From: Nannocystis bainbridge
GTDB taxonomy: Bacteria > Myxococcota_A > Polyangia > Nannocystales > Nannocystaceae
Assembly (NCBI RefSeq): GCF_028368995.1
Contig: NZ_JAQNDL010000001.1
Coordinates: forward strand, 1,056,001 to 1,120,000
Direction: 5' to 3'
DNA: 64,000 nucleotides
In this document: in pieces, positions 42,840 to 52,227 of the stretch
Layout of the letters: every line of letters begins with the position of its first letter
Numbering within the stretch: position 1 is the first letter of the stretch
The notes under the pieces: model-generated
What the model saw: only the letters and a program-made list of their open reading frames with translations
Told to the model about the DNA's origin: nothing
The model's database searches: none
Position numbers and translations under genes: made by a program

Positions 42840-42867
42840 TGTCCTCACGGACATGTCCATCAAGACA
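42840..42867. repeat. Two perfect 14-bp units upstream of the integrase
   Basis: TGTCCTCACGGACA|TGTCCATCAAGACA. Confidence 0.85.
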
Positions 42868-43214
42868 TGCTCTCGTGCGTTCTTCGACCCTTCCCCGCAT
42901 CACCCAACCCACTCCCTCGGCCATGATGCCCTGGCACCGCGGCCATCCTCGGATCTTGTTCGCGCGGCGCGCGTAGGCGCTGGGCTCTTCCGAGCCGCTC
43001 CCTCATTCGCTCGCTGTCATGATTTCTCGGTCGGCCAGCTCGGAATCACTCTGACCAATATTGCTTCCCCGTCACCAGATTCGCACGCCCCCAAAGCGAG
43101 CCGCTCAATCGATGAGAGAAGCTGAAGTTCTGATGCCGTGCAAGGTGCAGCGTCGATTTTGAGGCCAACGCGATGCGGCGGCGCAATATCGCACCGGTCG
43201 AACTCACGACAAAA

Positions 43215-43311
43215 GTCCCGATAGGGTCCCGATCCGGTCCCGATAGGGTCCCGATCCGGTCCCGATAGGGTCCCGATCGGTGCACGATCGGGTCCCGCAA
43301 GGTCACCGATG
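43215..43311. repeat. 11-bp tandem repeat alternating GTCCCGATAGG / GTCCCGATCCG
   Basis: Six units from 43215, then three degenerate ones. Confidence 0.92.
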
Positions 43312-43351
43312 GGCCGCCTGTCCCGGCGGGATGTCGTCGCTGACTCGATCA

Positions 43352-43444
43352 CCAATCCGCGTTGGGTCGAGATTGGCTCGGTGGCGCCACGATCCAATCC
43401 GCGTTGGGTTAGCCCAGGCGAGATTGGCTCGGTGGCGCCACGAT
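43352..43444. repeat. Two-copy 42-bp direct repeat
   Basis: ccaatccgcgttgggt + cgagattggctcggtggcgccacgat; the second copy has a 9-bp insert, tagcccagg. Confidence 0.88.
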
Positions 43445-43671
43445 GGGTGCCGGCCCATCGCACCGGCCTCGGTGAGCGCGTATCCCTCGCGGTCGGTGGC
43501 AGGGTCGCTACTGCTCAACGCTCATCGGGGAGCCGTCGCTATTCGAATGTTTTCTGCTCAAGTGGCCGCACGGTCGCAGAGCTCCGCGCAAGCCGCGAGG
43601 CGACGAGCGATCCACGAACACAGCACCAAAGCCCTCCCCGACGAAGGTCTCGTCAACAGGGAGCAGGATGG

Positions 43672-44175
43672 TCACGTAGTCGGCTCACCCGCCTTCGCCG
43701 CCGAGCGCACCACGTCGGCGACGTAACGCAGCGCGTCCTCGCCCCGGACCTTGTCGTCACAGATCCGCTCAAGCCACTGTTGCCGCAGGGTCCGCAGGAC
43801 AGCCCTCTCCTGCGCGAAATCTTCCTCGTACTCGCGGCGCATCCGTTTCAGCTCCGCGCAGCAATACTCGTGCTGCTGGACGGCCATCTCGGTGAGTTGG
43901 TGGACCCGTCGGAAGGTCTCCTCATGGAGCGAGACAGTCGATTCCAGCCGTGCCGACCCGGTGCTCGGGTCTTCGGGGCCGCGCGCGACGATCTGGTCGT
44001 CGATGGCGGCGACGAAACCGCTCTTGAGATTTGGCTCGATCAGCGTGCGAAGCTGCTCGATCTGCTCGCCCGTGATACCGGAAATCTCGAACGCGGTTGC
44101 TCCGGCGCCCTGGCCGCTCGCCCGGAATACTCGATACGTAGATCTTTGCCCCATCTCAACCTCGGTCCGCATCAT
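43672..44175 (-). CDS. Hypothetical protein with coiled-coil C-terminus
   Basis: Protein-like ORF divergent from the XRE gene; no motif recognised. Confidence 0.6.
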   Translation of the reverse strand: MMRTEVEMGQRSTYRVFRASGQGAGATAFEISGITGEQIEQLRTLIEPNLKSGFVAAIDDQIVARGPEDPSTGSARLESTVSLHEETFRRVHQLTEMAVQQHEYCCAELKRMRREYEEDFAQERAVLRTLRQQWLERICDDKVRGEDALRYVADVVRSAAKAGEPTT

Positions 44176-44380
44176 TGTAGCGCTTCATGATGCTCAAGGG
44201 TGCATCCTCGAATCATGGCGCGCATGCGAGCATGAAGCGCTTCACGTTGGTGTGTGCTCTCGAATCAGCGCCGCGCTCATGCTCATGCTCAGTGCATCAC
44301 GGCCGTGAGCGGGAGCAGATAGAGGGCCGACGCTCTCGAGCATCACGAAGGCGTGCCTCGTCGCCCCCTCGTGCCGTACT

Positions 44381-46447
44381 ATGGATCGCATGACCGTGGG
44401 TATGTGGGTCAGCGAAATCCGCGCCCGGGCCGAGGCACGAGGCCTGTCTCTGGCCGATCTGGCTCGTGCGGCCGAGATGCGGCCGAGCAACCTCCGCCGC
44501 CTGCTCACGAGCTCATCGTCCAGCCCGCGGCTCGGGACCATGATGCGCCTCATGGAGCCGCTCGACTCATGGGTCGCGCCGGCGGCAGCACGGACCGCCG
44601 CCGAACTGGTCGCCTTCCTCGACAGCGAGCGAGAGCGAGGCGGCCTGGGCTGGGACGAACTGGTCGCGGGGAGTGACACGACAGCGTCTACATTCGCCAG
44701 GCAGCGAAGCGAAGCGCCCGAACAGCTCCCGCTTGACGTGGTGCTCGATCTCGCGGGCCGCCTCGGGATCGAGCTGTTCCTGGTCGACGCCCGCGATGCG
44801 CGAGCCACGGAGAGCCGTGAGCAGGAATCCAGGGGCAAGCAGCGAACACGGACCTCCGGCGCATCACGCACCCGTCACGCGGGTGTCCGACCCGCGCGAG
44901 AGTCCGAACCTGCGTCGATCGATCGTGAGCCGGCGACCACGCCGCCGCTCGTCGCCACCGTGACGACGCCGTCGAAGAGCGAGCCGGCGCCCGCGCGTTC
45001 GCGCTGGAGTCTGTCCCCACCCAAGCTCGGCCGTTACCGCGACGCGCCACCGGAGTCGGCCGCCCTCCCCCGGGGCCCAGCCGCGACCTATACCCCGCGA
45101 GAGCCGTCCTACGCGCTGGAGCGCACCCTGCTCCTCAACCTGGCCGACACGACGGGCGCCACGTGGCGGACCCTGTACCAGGGCCTCTTTCGATTCGTCA
45201 CCGGCGCGCGGGACGTACCCGCCGACATCATCGACCGCCTGGCGAACGGGACCGAGCGATTGTTCCAGCGCCTGCGTCGAACCCCGCCATCCCACTCCGA
45301 GCAGGAAGCGCAGGCCGCGGTCTCCTTCGAGGATGCCGATCCGTCCCCCTTGATCGAGTTTTGGATGGCCTCGAAGACAGCTCCACATGCTCGCGGGACG
45401 TCGACGGTCCACGATCCCGCAGGCCGCGCGCACGTCATCCACGCAGCGCTATCCCGCACCTACAACGTCATTATCCGCCTCAGCCAGGGCGGGCGCCCGC
45501 ATCGACTTGCGCGGATCGTCGAGGTCGTGGACGGCGAGGCGACAGTCATCGCGGATCCCGACGTTCGGCTCGATCTCGCAGTGGGTGACGAGCTCCGCGC
45601 CTTCGAGCACATCCACGCCGGCCCGGTGTTCGGCGAGCTGCGATTGGGCGACCGCATCTACCTGCTCGGCGCCCTCTCCTGGGCCATCGCGCTGCTCGAG
45701 GTGGATTCGACTGGCGCGCGGGTGGTGTGGGCCGGCCCCGCCGAGAAATTCGGGGAGGTCACGGTCGAGCCTGCGTCCCCTCCGACCGTCGAGGCGGAGA
45801 GCGTCGAACCCGACCGCGAGGCCAGGGCGAAAGCAAACCAGCTCGAAGCGGAGCTCGCCGCCGCGAGACTCGCGCTCACGGACGAACGCGCGCAACGAGC
45901 TGATGCCCAGCGGAGGGCCGACGACGCCGCGGAGCAAGCGGCTCAGGATGCTACGGCTCAGCACCAGGCGCTCAGCCTCGAGAATGCCGAGCTCCGTCGT
46001 GAATTCGCCGCCGCGGTGGAGCGACTCGATGCCCAGCTCGCCGAGATTAGGGCTGATGCCGGCGCCCACGGCAAGGATCGGCAAATCCTCATGGCCACAT
46101 TCGCCGAGATTCGCCAGAGGGCCGAGGCAATTGCCGACCAGCACAAGACCGAGCTCGCCGAACTACACGGCCGGCTCGCCGAGCTGACCGTGCGCGAGGC
46201 TGCGTTGCTCGACACCCAGAAGGGGCTCGAGATCGAGAACGCGGCACTACGGCAGCAGTGCGTCGACCGGCACTCGGGAAGAGCGAGCCGGCTGCCTGAG
46301 GAGGACGGGCTCCCGACTGACGACAGCAAAGCTTCGATGGATTTCGCGCCAATCGATGGACCACTATCAAACCTCGAGGCGGAGCGCGCAGCTCCTCCCA
46401 CGAAACCGCGCTCCGCGAAGAGCCTCTCCAGGAGGTGGCATCGGTAG
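44381..46447 (+). CDS. XRE-type HTH protein with an unknown central domain and C-terminal coiled coil
   Basis: RGLSLADLARAAEMRPSNLRRLL..SPRLGTM; a second HTH-like segment; heptad-rich C-terminus. Confidence 0.75.
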   Translation: MDRMTVGMWVSEIRARAEARGLSLADLARAAEMRPSNLRRLLTSSSSSPRLGTMMRLMEPLDSWVAPAAARTAAELVAFLDSERERGGLGWDELVAGSDTTASTFARQRSEAPEQLPLDVVLDLAGRLGIELFLVDARDARATESREQESRGKQRTRTSGASRTRHAGVRPARESEPASIDREPATTPPLVATVTTPSKSEPAPARSRWSLSPPKLGRYRDAPPESAALPRGPAATYTPREPSYALERTLLLNLADTTGATWRTLYQGLFRFVTGARDVPADIIDRLANGTERLFQRLRRTPPSHSEQEAQAAVSFEDADPSPLIEFWMASKTAPHARGTSTVHDPAGRAHVIHAALSRTYNVIIRLSQGGRPHRLARIVEVVDGEATVIADPDVRLDLAVGDELRAFEHIHAGPVFGELRLGDRIYLLGALSWAIALLEVDSTGARVVWAGPAEKFGEVTVEPASPPTVEAESVEPDREARAKANQLEAELAAARLALTDERAQRADAQRRADDAAEQAAQDATAQHQALSLENAELRREFAAAVERLDAQLAEIRADAGAHGKDRQILMATFAEIRQRAEAIADQHKTELAELHGRLAELTVREAALLDTQKGLEIENAALRQQCVDRHSGRASRLPEEDGLPTDDSKASMDFAPIDGPLSNLEAERAAPPTKPRSAKSLSRRWHR

Positions 46448-46766
46448 GAGCTCGATTCGCCTCGTGCTCCCGGACCGTCTTCTCGCCCATCCGCCGTCTT
46501 CACTCGAGCTCCTCCGACACCCGCGCGGAGCAACGGCCCGCGCAACAGCCCGCGCACGACAGCCAACACCTCCGCCCTGCCGACGCTCAGCGTCGGCAAC
46601 AGCCCGTGTGCTGGCCAACACCACCGCCTCGCCCGCGCACCAGCCAAAACCGGCCGAGCCGCGCGGCCGGCGTTCGTGTTGCACAAGCGCGGCCCGGCGC
46701 GCGATTGCCCTCGAGTGACGGACGTGGGATGCTCACTCCCTTCTCTCGTCGACAAGGCAGGTCCAC

Positions 46767-49700
46767 ATGGCAGCGCTGGAGGAGCAGGTTCGTCAGTGTC
46801 AGGCCGCCATCTCAGCGCAGGAATCGCTGCGCTCGACTCTCGGCGACGCGGTCGTCGACATCACAGTGGCCGCGCTGCGCAGCCAAATCGAGGCGCTCCA
46901 GAGCCAGTTGCAGGGGTCCGCGCAGGCGAGCCGCAGCGACGGGATGCTTGAGCTGCTCCAAGGTTACCTGCCGCGCGAGCTGGCCGACAAGATGCGCGCG
47001 TTTGGCCGGATCGACGGCGAGCGCAAGCAGGTGACGGTGCTGTTCGCGGACCTGTCCGGGTTCACCGACCTCAGCGAGCGCCTCGACGCCGAGGAGGTCG
47101 CTGAGATCACCCACGCGGTGCTCAAGGAGCTCGCCAGCGCGGTCTACGAGTTCGAGGGATACATCGACAAGTTCATCGGCGACGCGGTCATGGCCGTGTT
47201 CGGCGCGCCGATCGCCCACGAGAACGACCCCGACCGCGCACTGCGGGTCGCGCTGTCGATGCGCGAGCGCCTCGAGGCTTTCAATCGCCGCTGGCGCGAT
47301 CGGGTCGGCCAGCCGTTGAACCTACACATCGGCATCAACACCGGAATGGTCATCGCCGGCAACATCGGCTCCGACATGCGCCTCTCGTACACAGTCATGG
47401 GCGATACTGTCAACACTGCGTCGCGGCTCGAGAGCGCCGCCCGGCCCGGACAGATTCTGGTCAGCCACAACACCTATCGACTGACTCAGGACTCGTTCGC
47501 GTTCGTGGCCCTGGATCCGCTGCAGGTCAAGGGCAAGCGCGAGCCTCTGGTCGTCTACGAGCTCGACCACGCCCGGCTGACACCGAGCAAGTCGCGCGGC
47601 CTGACGGGCTTTCGCGCTGTCTTCGTCGAGCGCGAGCGCGAGCTGGCGCTCCTCGGCGCCCTCGCCGAGCGCCTCCAAAGCGGGAGCGGCCACGTCCTGG
47701 TCGTCACCGGCGAGGCCGGCATCGGCAAGTCGCGGCTGATGGCCCGCTGGCGCGCCGCCTTGCCGCCGGCGGTGCGCTGGCTGGAGGGCCGCTCGTTCCC
47801 CCACACCGGCTCGTTGCCCTACGGGCCGTTCCTCGACCTGTTTCTCCGCTACGCCGGCATCGGCGACGACGACCGCGAGGAGCTGGCCCGCCAGCGCCTG
47901 CGCGTCATCGTCGAGCGCTTCTTCCCGGCGAACCTCGAGGCCCAGGCGTTGTTCGCGTCGATGCTGGCGCTGCATCCGACCGCCGAGGAGGAGGCCCTGC
48001 TCGCCGCCCTGCCCGCCGAGGGCCGCCGCCGCCGCCTGTTCGCGCTGGTCCGCCAGTGGCTGGTCGACCTGGCGGTCGAGCGGCCAGTCGTCCTGGTTTT
48101 CGAGGACATGCACTGGATCGACACAACCAGCGTCGAGCTGATCCAGTCGCTCCTGCCGCTGGTAGAGACTCACCCGGTGATCGTGACCGGCGTGTTTCGT
48201 GGCGCGCACGACGGGGTCATGCGCAGCTTCCAGGAAGTCGGCGGGGCCCGCTACGCCGAGCGCTCCACGCTCCTCCCGCTCGCGGCGCTCAGCGAGCAGG
48301 GAAGCGCCGCGATGGTCCGGGAGCTGCTGCAAGTGACGACGCTGCCCGAGCCGGTCCGGCTGGCGGTCCTGCTCAAGGCCGAGGGCAATCCGTTCTTCAT
48401 CGAGGAGGTCCTGCGCATGTTGGTCGAGCGCGGGGCGCTGGTGCGCGCGCCGGACGGCGACGCCTGGGTCCCCTCCGATCTCCTCGAACAGGTCTCGATC
48501 CCGGACACGCTCCACGGGGTCCTGATGGCCCGCATCGATCGCCTCTACCCGGAGACCCGCTGGATCGTCCAGCAGGCCTCCGTCATCGGCCGCGTCTTCC
48601 TCTACCGGGTGCTGTCGAGAGTGGCGTCAACCGACCACCTCGAGGCCGACATCGACCTGCTCGAGCGCGAGGGACTGATCCGCGAGCGCTCGGGCCAGCC
48701 CGAGGTCGAGTACATGTTCAAGCACGCGCTGACGCAGGAGGTGGCGTATCAGAGCTTGCTCGGCCCGCGGCGCAAGGAGCTTCACCGCAAGGTCGGGGAC
48801 GTCATGGAAGCCGTGTTCGCCGACCGGCTGGCGGAGTTCTATCCGATCGTGGGCCGGCACTTCCTGCTCGGCGAGCATTGGGCCAAAGCCGCGGACTACC
48901 TCGCCCGCTCCGGCGCCGCCGCCGCTCGCCATTACGCCTATGTGGAGGCCCGCACCCACTACAAAGAGGCCCTGAAGGCGCTGGAGCACCTGCCTCCGGA
49001 CGATACGATCGAGCGGACCGCCATCGATCTGACGATCGGCCTCGCCCGGGTGTCCTATGTCGCCGACGATCCCGGCATCAACCTGGCGCGCCTCAAGCGG
49101 GCTGAAGAGCGCGTCGGCCACCTGTTCGCGCGCAGCGGGCTCGCGGAGGACCGCCTGCGCCTCGCCCGGATCCTGCTGTTCCAGGCGCTCTCGTACATGA
49201 TGCGCGGGAACGCAGTCGCGGCGGCGATCGACTGCTTTCAGCGGGTGCTCCCGGTCGCGCAGGAGTTTCAAGATGAGGAACTATTGGTCGCGCCGTCGAC
49301 GAATATCGGCAAGATCCTGGTGGTCAATGGCCAGTTCCGGGACGCGATCCCGCTGTTTCGTCGGGTCATCGAGCCGCTGTCGCGTTGGGATGACCTCACC
49401 GAGTGGATCCTGACCGTGGTGTTCCTCGGGTTGGCCGAGGCCGCGCTGGGTCGTCCGCAGGAGGGCGAGCGGCTGGCCCAGGAAGCGCTCGCGCGGGCCG
49501 TCGAGACTCACAACAACACCGGCCAGATCTACGGCCACATGTTCCTCGCAGTGATCGCGGTGCACACGGGCGACATGCAGCGCCTTTTGCTCGAGAGCCA
49601 GCGGACCTGGCAACTCGCGGACGCCTCGGGCGACCGGATGTATTGTTATTTCAGCCACGGGTACCAGGCGCTGGCCCACAGCCGACTCGGCGACCATGCC

Positions 49701-50069
49701 GCGGCGGCCGAGAGCCTGAGCCGGCAGCGTGAGACGGCCGCCAGCCTCGGCCCCAACCTAGCGACCGCCGATTGGTTCGCCGCGATGGAGGCCGAGGTGG
49801 CGCTCAACGCCGGGCGGTCCGACGCAGCACTCGCCCTGGCGCGCGCTGCGATCGACGAAGCGGTCGCCGTGGACGGCATCTACGGCGAGGGGTTCGCCCG
49901 GCGCGTCTGCGGTCAGGCGCTCGCCGCCACGGGGGCTCCGCGCAGCGCCATCGACGAGCAGTTCGCGGCCAGCGTCGAATGCTTCGACCGCGGCGGCGCG
50001 GCCCTCGAGTCGGCGCGCACGCATGCGCGATGGCGCGAGGTCCACGGTAACGGAGCGAGCGAGCCATAG
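46767..50069 (+). CDS. Class III adenylate/guanylate cyclase - STAND/AAA ATPase - TPR protein
   Basis: VLFADLSGFT, DKFIGDAVMAVFG and GDTVNTASRLE; Walker A GEAGIGKS; Walker B LVFEDMHW; GNPFF; FKHAL. Confidence 0.93.
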   Translation: MAALEEQVRQCQAAISAQESLRSTLGDAVVDITVAALRSQIEALQSQLQGSAQASRSDGMLELLQGYLPRELADKMRAFGRIDGERKQVTVLFADLSGFTDLSERLDAEEVAEITHAVLKELASAVYEFEGYIDKFIGDAVMAVFGAPIAHENDPDRALRVALSMRERLEAFNRRWRDRVGQPLNLHIGINTGMVIAGNIGSDMRLSYTVMGDTVNTASRLESAARPGQILVSHNTYRLTQDSFAFVALDPLQVKGKREPLVVYELDHARLTPSKSRGLTGFRAVFVERERELALLGALAERLQSGSGHVLVVTGEAGIGKSRLMARWRAALPPAVRWLEGRSFPHTGSLPYGPFLDLFLRYAGIGDDDREELARQRLRVIVERFFPANLEAQALFASMLALHPTAEEEALLAALPAEGRRRRLFALVRQWLVDLAVERPVVLVFEDMHWIDTTSVELIQSLLPLVETHPVIVTGVFRGAHDGVMRSFQEVGGARYAERSTLLPLAALSEQGSAAMVRELLQVTTLPEPVRLAVLLKAEGNPFFIEEVLRMLVERGALVRAPDGDAWVPSDLLEQVSIPDTLHGVLMARIDRLYPETRWIVQQASVIGRVFLYRVLSRVASTDHLEADIDLLEREGLIRERSGQPEVEYMFKHALTQEVAYQSLLGPRRKELHRKVGDVMEAVFADRLAEFYPIVGRHFLLGEHWAKAADYLARSGAAAARHYAYVEARTHYKEALKALEHLPPDDTIERTAIDLTIGLARVSYVADDPGINLARLKRAEERVGHLFARSGLAEDRLRLARILLFQALSYMMRGNAVAAAIDCFQRVLPVAQEFQDEELLVAPSTNIGKILVVNGQFRDAIPLFRRVIEPLSRWDDLTEWILTVVFLGLAEAALGRPQEGERLAQEALARAVETHNNTGQIYGHMFLAVIAVHTGDMQRLLLESQRTWQLADASGDRMYCYFSHGYQALAHSRLGDHAAAAESLSRQRETAASLGPNLATADWFAAMEAEVALNAGRSDAALALARAAIDEAVAVDGIYGEGFARRVCGQALAATGAPRSAIDEQFAASVECFDRGGAALESARTHARWREVHGNGASEP

Positions 50070-50832
50070 AAACCCTCCGCGCGGCGATGCCACCCGTCGC
50101 GTCGGGAGCTCGGCCGCGACCGACGCGACGCAGGTCGGCGCCCGATCGCCGACCCGTCGAGGACCTGCGCGCCACCTGGGGCCTGCACATCCCCTTCTGC
50201 CTGACCAACCCGAAGATCTACGCTGAGGCCGACCGACGCAGGATCGCCGCCGCGGGCCGGCTTTGTCCTCACGCCGATGAGCTCGGCCCCGCTGCTGGCC
50301 TCGGCGCTGTGTTGGCGCTACTCGAACGTTACGCCGAGGACCGCGACCTCGGGCCATCCGTGTCCACGCGCGAGGCCGTGATCGCTGTGATCACGACCCG
50401 CCACCCCGGTCGTCCGGGCCTCGACGCCTGCAGCCGCGGCCATCGCCTTGCGCGCCGTACTGCAAGAGGCCGCGCGCGTGACGGCGGGACAGCGAGGTGA
50501 CCCCTTCCGTGAGTGAGTCGACACATGCGTGAGTGGCGAGCGGGTCTATCCGTTTGCTCGAACGACCCCGCACAGGAAGCCTACACCCTTGCGCAGTTGG
50601 AGGGCCGAGCTACCTGCTTGGTGCGGTGGATCGGGACTCAATCTACTCCGTTGCGTCGTCGGAAGATGAAGCTATTTGCTCGGCAATCCCCTCGGACAGC
50701 ATCTGCGCGCAGTTTGTGCTGGACGACGAGACGTTTTAGTAACCGGCTTCACATGAGCGGCAGAATGATGCTTCGCGGCAGAACAGGAGGAATTTAATTC
50801 CTCCTGCGGAATCGATGTGTTAGGGCTAAAGC

Positions 50833-51348
50833 ATGGTGCCGATGCAAACCCTGCAACTCGCTCGCAAGGCGAACGCGACCCCCAAGAGCCCGATTGGTCT
50901 CCTCAAGGTGGTTTTCATTCTGGGCTACGGGACCCCTGGCTCGGTGGTTATCGCTCGCCTCGATGTTATGGGGGCCGCCGAGCGGACGCTGCTCCTGGGA
51001 TTCTTGATGTTCTATCCGCTCGTCATTCTGTCGGTCCTCTATTTGCTGGTGTCTAGGCATTATTCGAAGCTGTACACCCCCTATGATTTTCGAAAAGAGG
51101 CCCACTTCCTCGCATTGGCCCGGCTGCTGATCTCGAAGCCCATGAAAATTCACGCCAAGAGGAATTCCGCGGTGGAAGAGCTGCCGGGAGAGGCTGGGCT
51201 GGGCCCGCTCACCCTGGAGCCGGCGCCTCGTATTGCGGCGGATGAGGCGTCCGTGAAGAATGAGCTAGACCTTCCCGCCCCCTCGCGGAGGGGGCCAACA
51301 GAGGGCACAGGACGATCGCATCGATCCCGAACTCCGGCGGGTGGGTAA
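50833..51348 (+). CDS. Small two-TM membrane protein, lower GC
   Basis: Two hydrophobic segments followed by HYSKLYTPYDFRKEAHF. Confidence 0.6.
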   Translation: MVPMQTLQLARKANATPKSPIGLLKVVFILGYGTPGSVVIARLDVMGAAERTLLLGFLMFYPLVILSVLYLLVSRHYSKLYTPYDFRKEAHFLALARLLISKPMKIHAKRNSAVEELPGEAGLGPLTLEPAPRIAADEASVKNELDLPAPSRRGPTEGTGRSHRSRTPAGG

Positions 51349-51521
51349 ATTGGGCCGGGGACTTGGCCTGCCAGCTCCATCCGCGGAACCGGTCCTCGAC
51401 GCAGCGTCCGAGCTCAGCATGAGCAGACCCGCTGTTGATGGCTCGCTCGCCACCTCCAGGGCGTGCCCGGCACACGATGGCACGCGGCGAGGTCGTGTTG
51501 CAGCGCCGACGCGGCTCGAGA

Positions 51522-51953
51522 TCAGGCGTCGCTCAGCCGGCTTTTCCTCGCCTCGTTGCGGGACTGGCGAGGCTCTGCCAGCAGCTCGACGACCTTCTTG
51601 CCGAACTTGACGATGAGCTGGGGCCGCAGCTCGGCGAGGCTGAAGCCCATCTCGCGCTGCCCTTTGACGAAGTGCGCGCAGGTGACGGCATAGAGGGGGT
51701 ACCTCGACCTGTTGCCGCGCCCGCCTGTGCCCTCGGGCTTCGGCAGGAGGCCAGCACGAACCCAGTCGGTGAGAGAAAGCTTTTCGATGCCGCCTGCACC
51801 GGCCACTTGCTCGGCGAGCACATAGACGTTGGGGAGCGACTTGAACACCTCGACGGCTCCCTGGGTCATCGCCGCCTCGACCTCTTCGGAAGTGGCGAAG
51901 CGCGGAAGGGTCTTGAGCTCCTGAGGCATGGCCGCTGGGGATGTTGCCATCAT
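51522..51953 (-). CDS. MerR-like HTH DNA-binding protein
   Basis: LTDWVRAGLLPKP..GGRGNRSRYP....GFSLAEL pattern. Confidence 0.75.
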   Translation of the reverse strand: MMATSPAAMPQELKTLPRFATSEEVEAAMTQGAVEVFKSLPNVYVLAEQVAGAGGIEKLSLTDWVRAGLLPKPEGTGGRGNRSRYPLYAVTCAHFVKGQREMGFSLAELRPQLIVKFGKKVVELLAEPRQSRNEARKSRLSDA

Positions 51954-52172
51954 CTCGCAAGTTTTTCTCGAATTTCCCCGGCGATCTCCCGGCAGGGGCG
52001 CCCCACCGGTCGTAGAAGACCTCGCGGCCTGTGCGCCGCGCGTCGTGCGGCTGGGGAGAGTGGACCGAGGTGGAGGTCGACCGGTGATCCTTGCGCGCTC
52101 CGAAGAGCATGGTTCTCCATGTCGGCACGCAGGTCTTTTTCGACGCTTTCTGTCCAAAGAGCCAGGTAGCGA

Positions 52173-52187
52173 TGTATGCCGCATACA
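52173..52187. promoter_or_regulatory. Palindromic operator TGTATGC-C-GCATACA
   Basis: Perfect 7-1-7 palindrome; recurs at 58040 and, with one mismatch, at 58201. Confidence 0.75.
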
Positions 52188-52227
52188 AGATTTCCGCGGC
52201 TGAACGGGCTCTGTGAGCTGGTTGACC

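Noticed and set aside
46530-46625. CAACAGCCCG short repeats and a 10-bp inverted repeat at 46578-46598
   Set aside because: Real but single-locus; no supportable function.
50087-50739. ORFs 50087-50500 and 50533-50739
   Set aside because: Possibly gene remnants, but no family recognised and starts unsupported.
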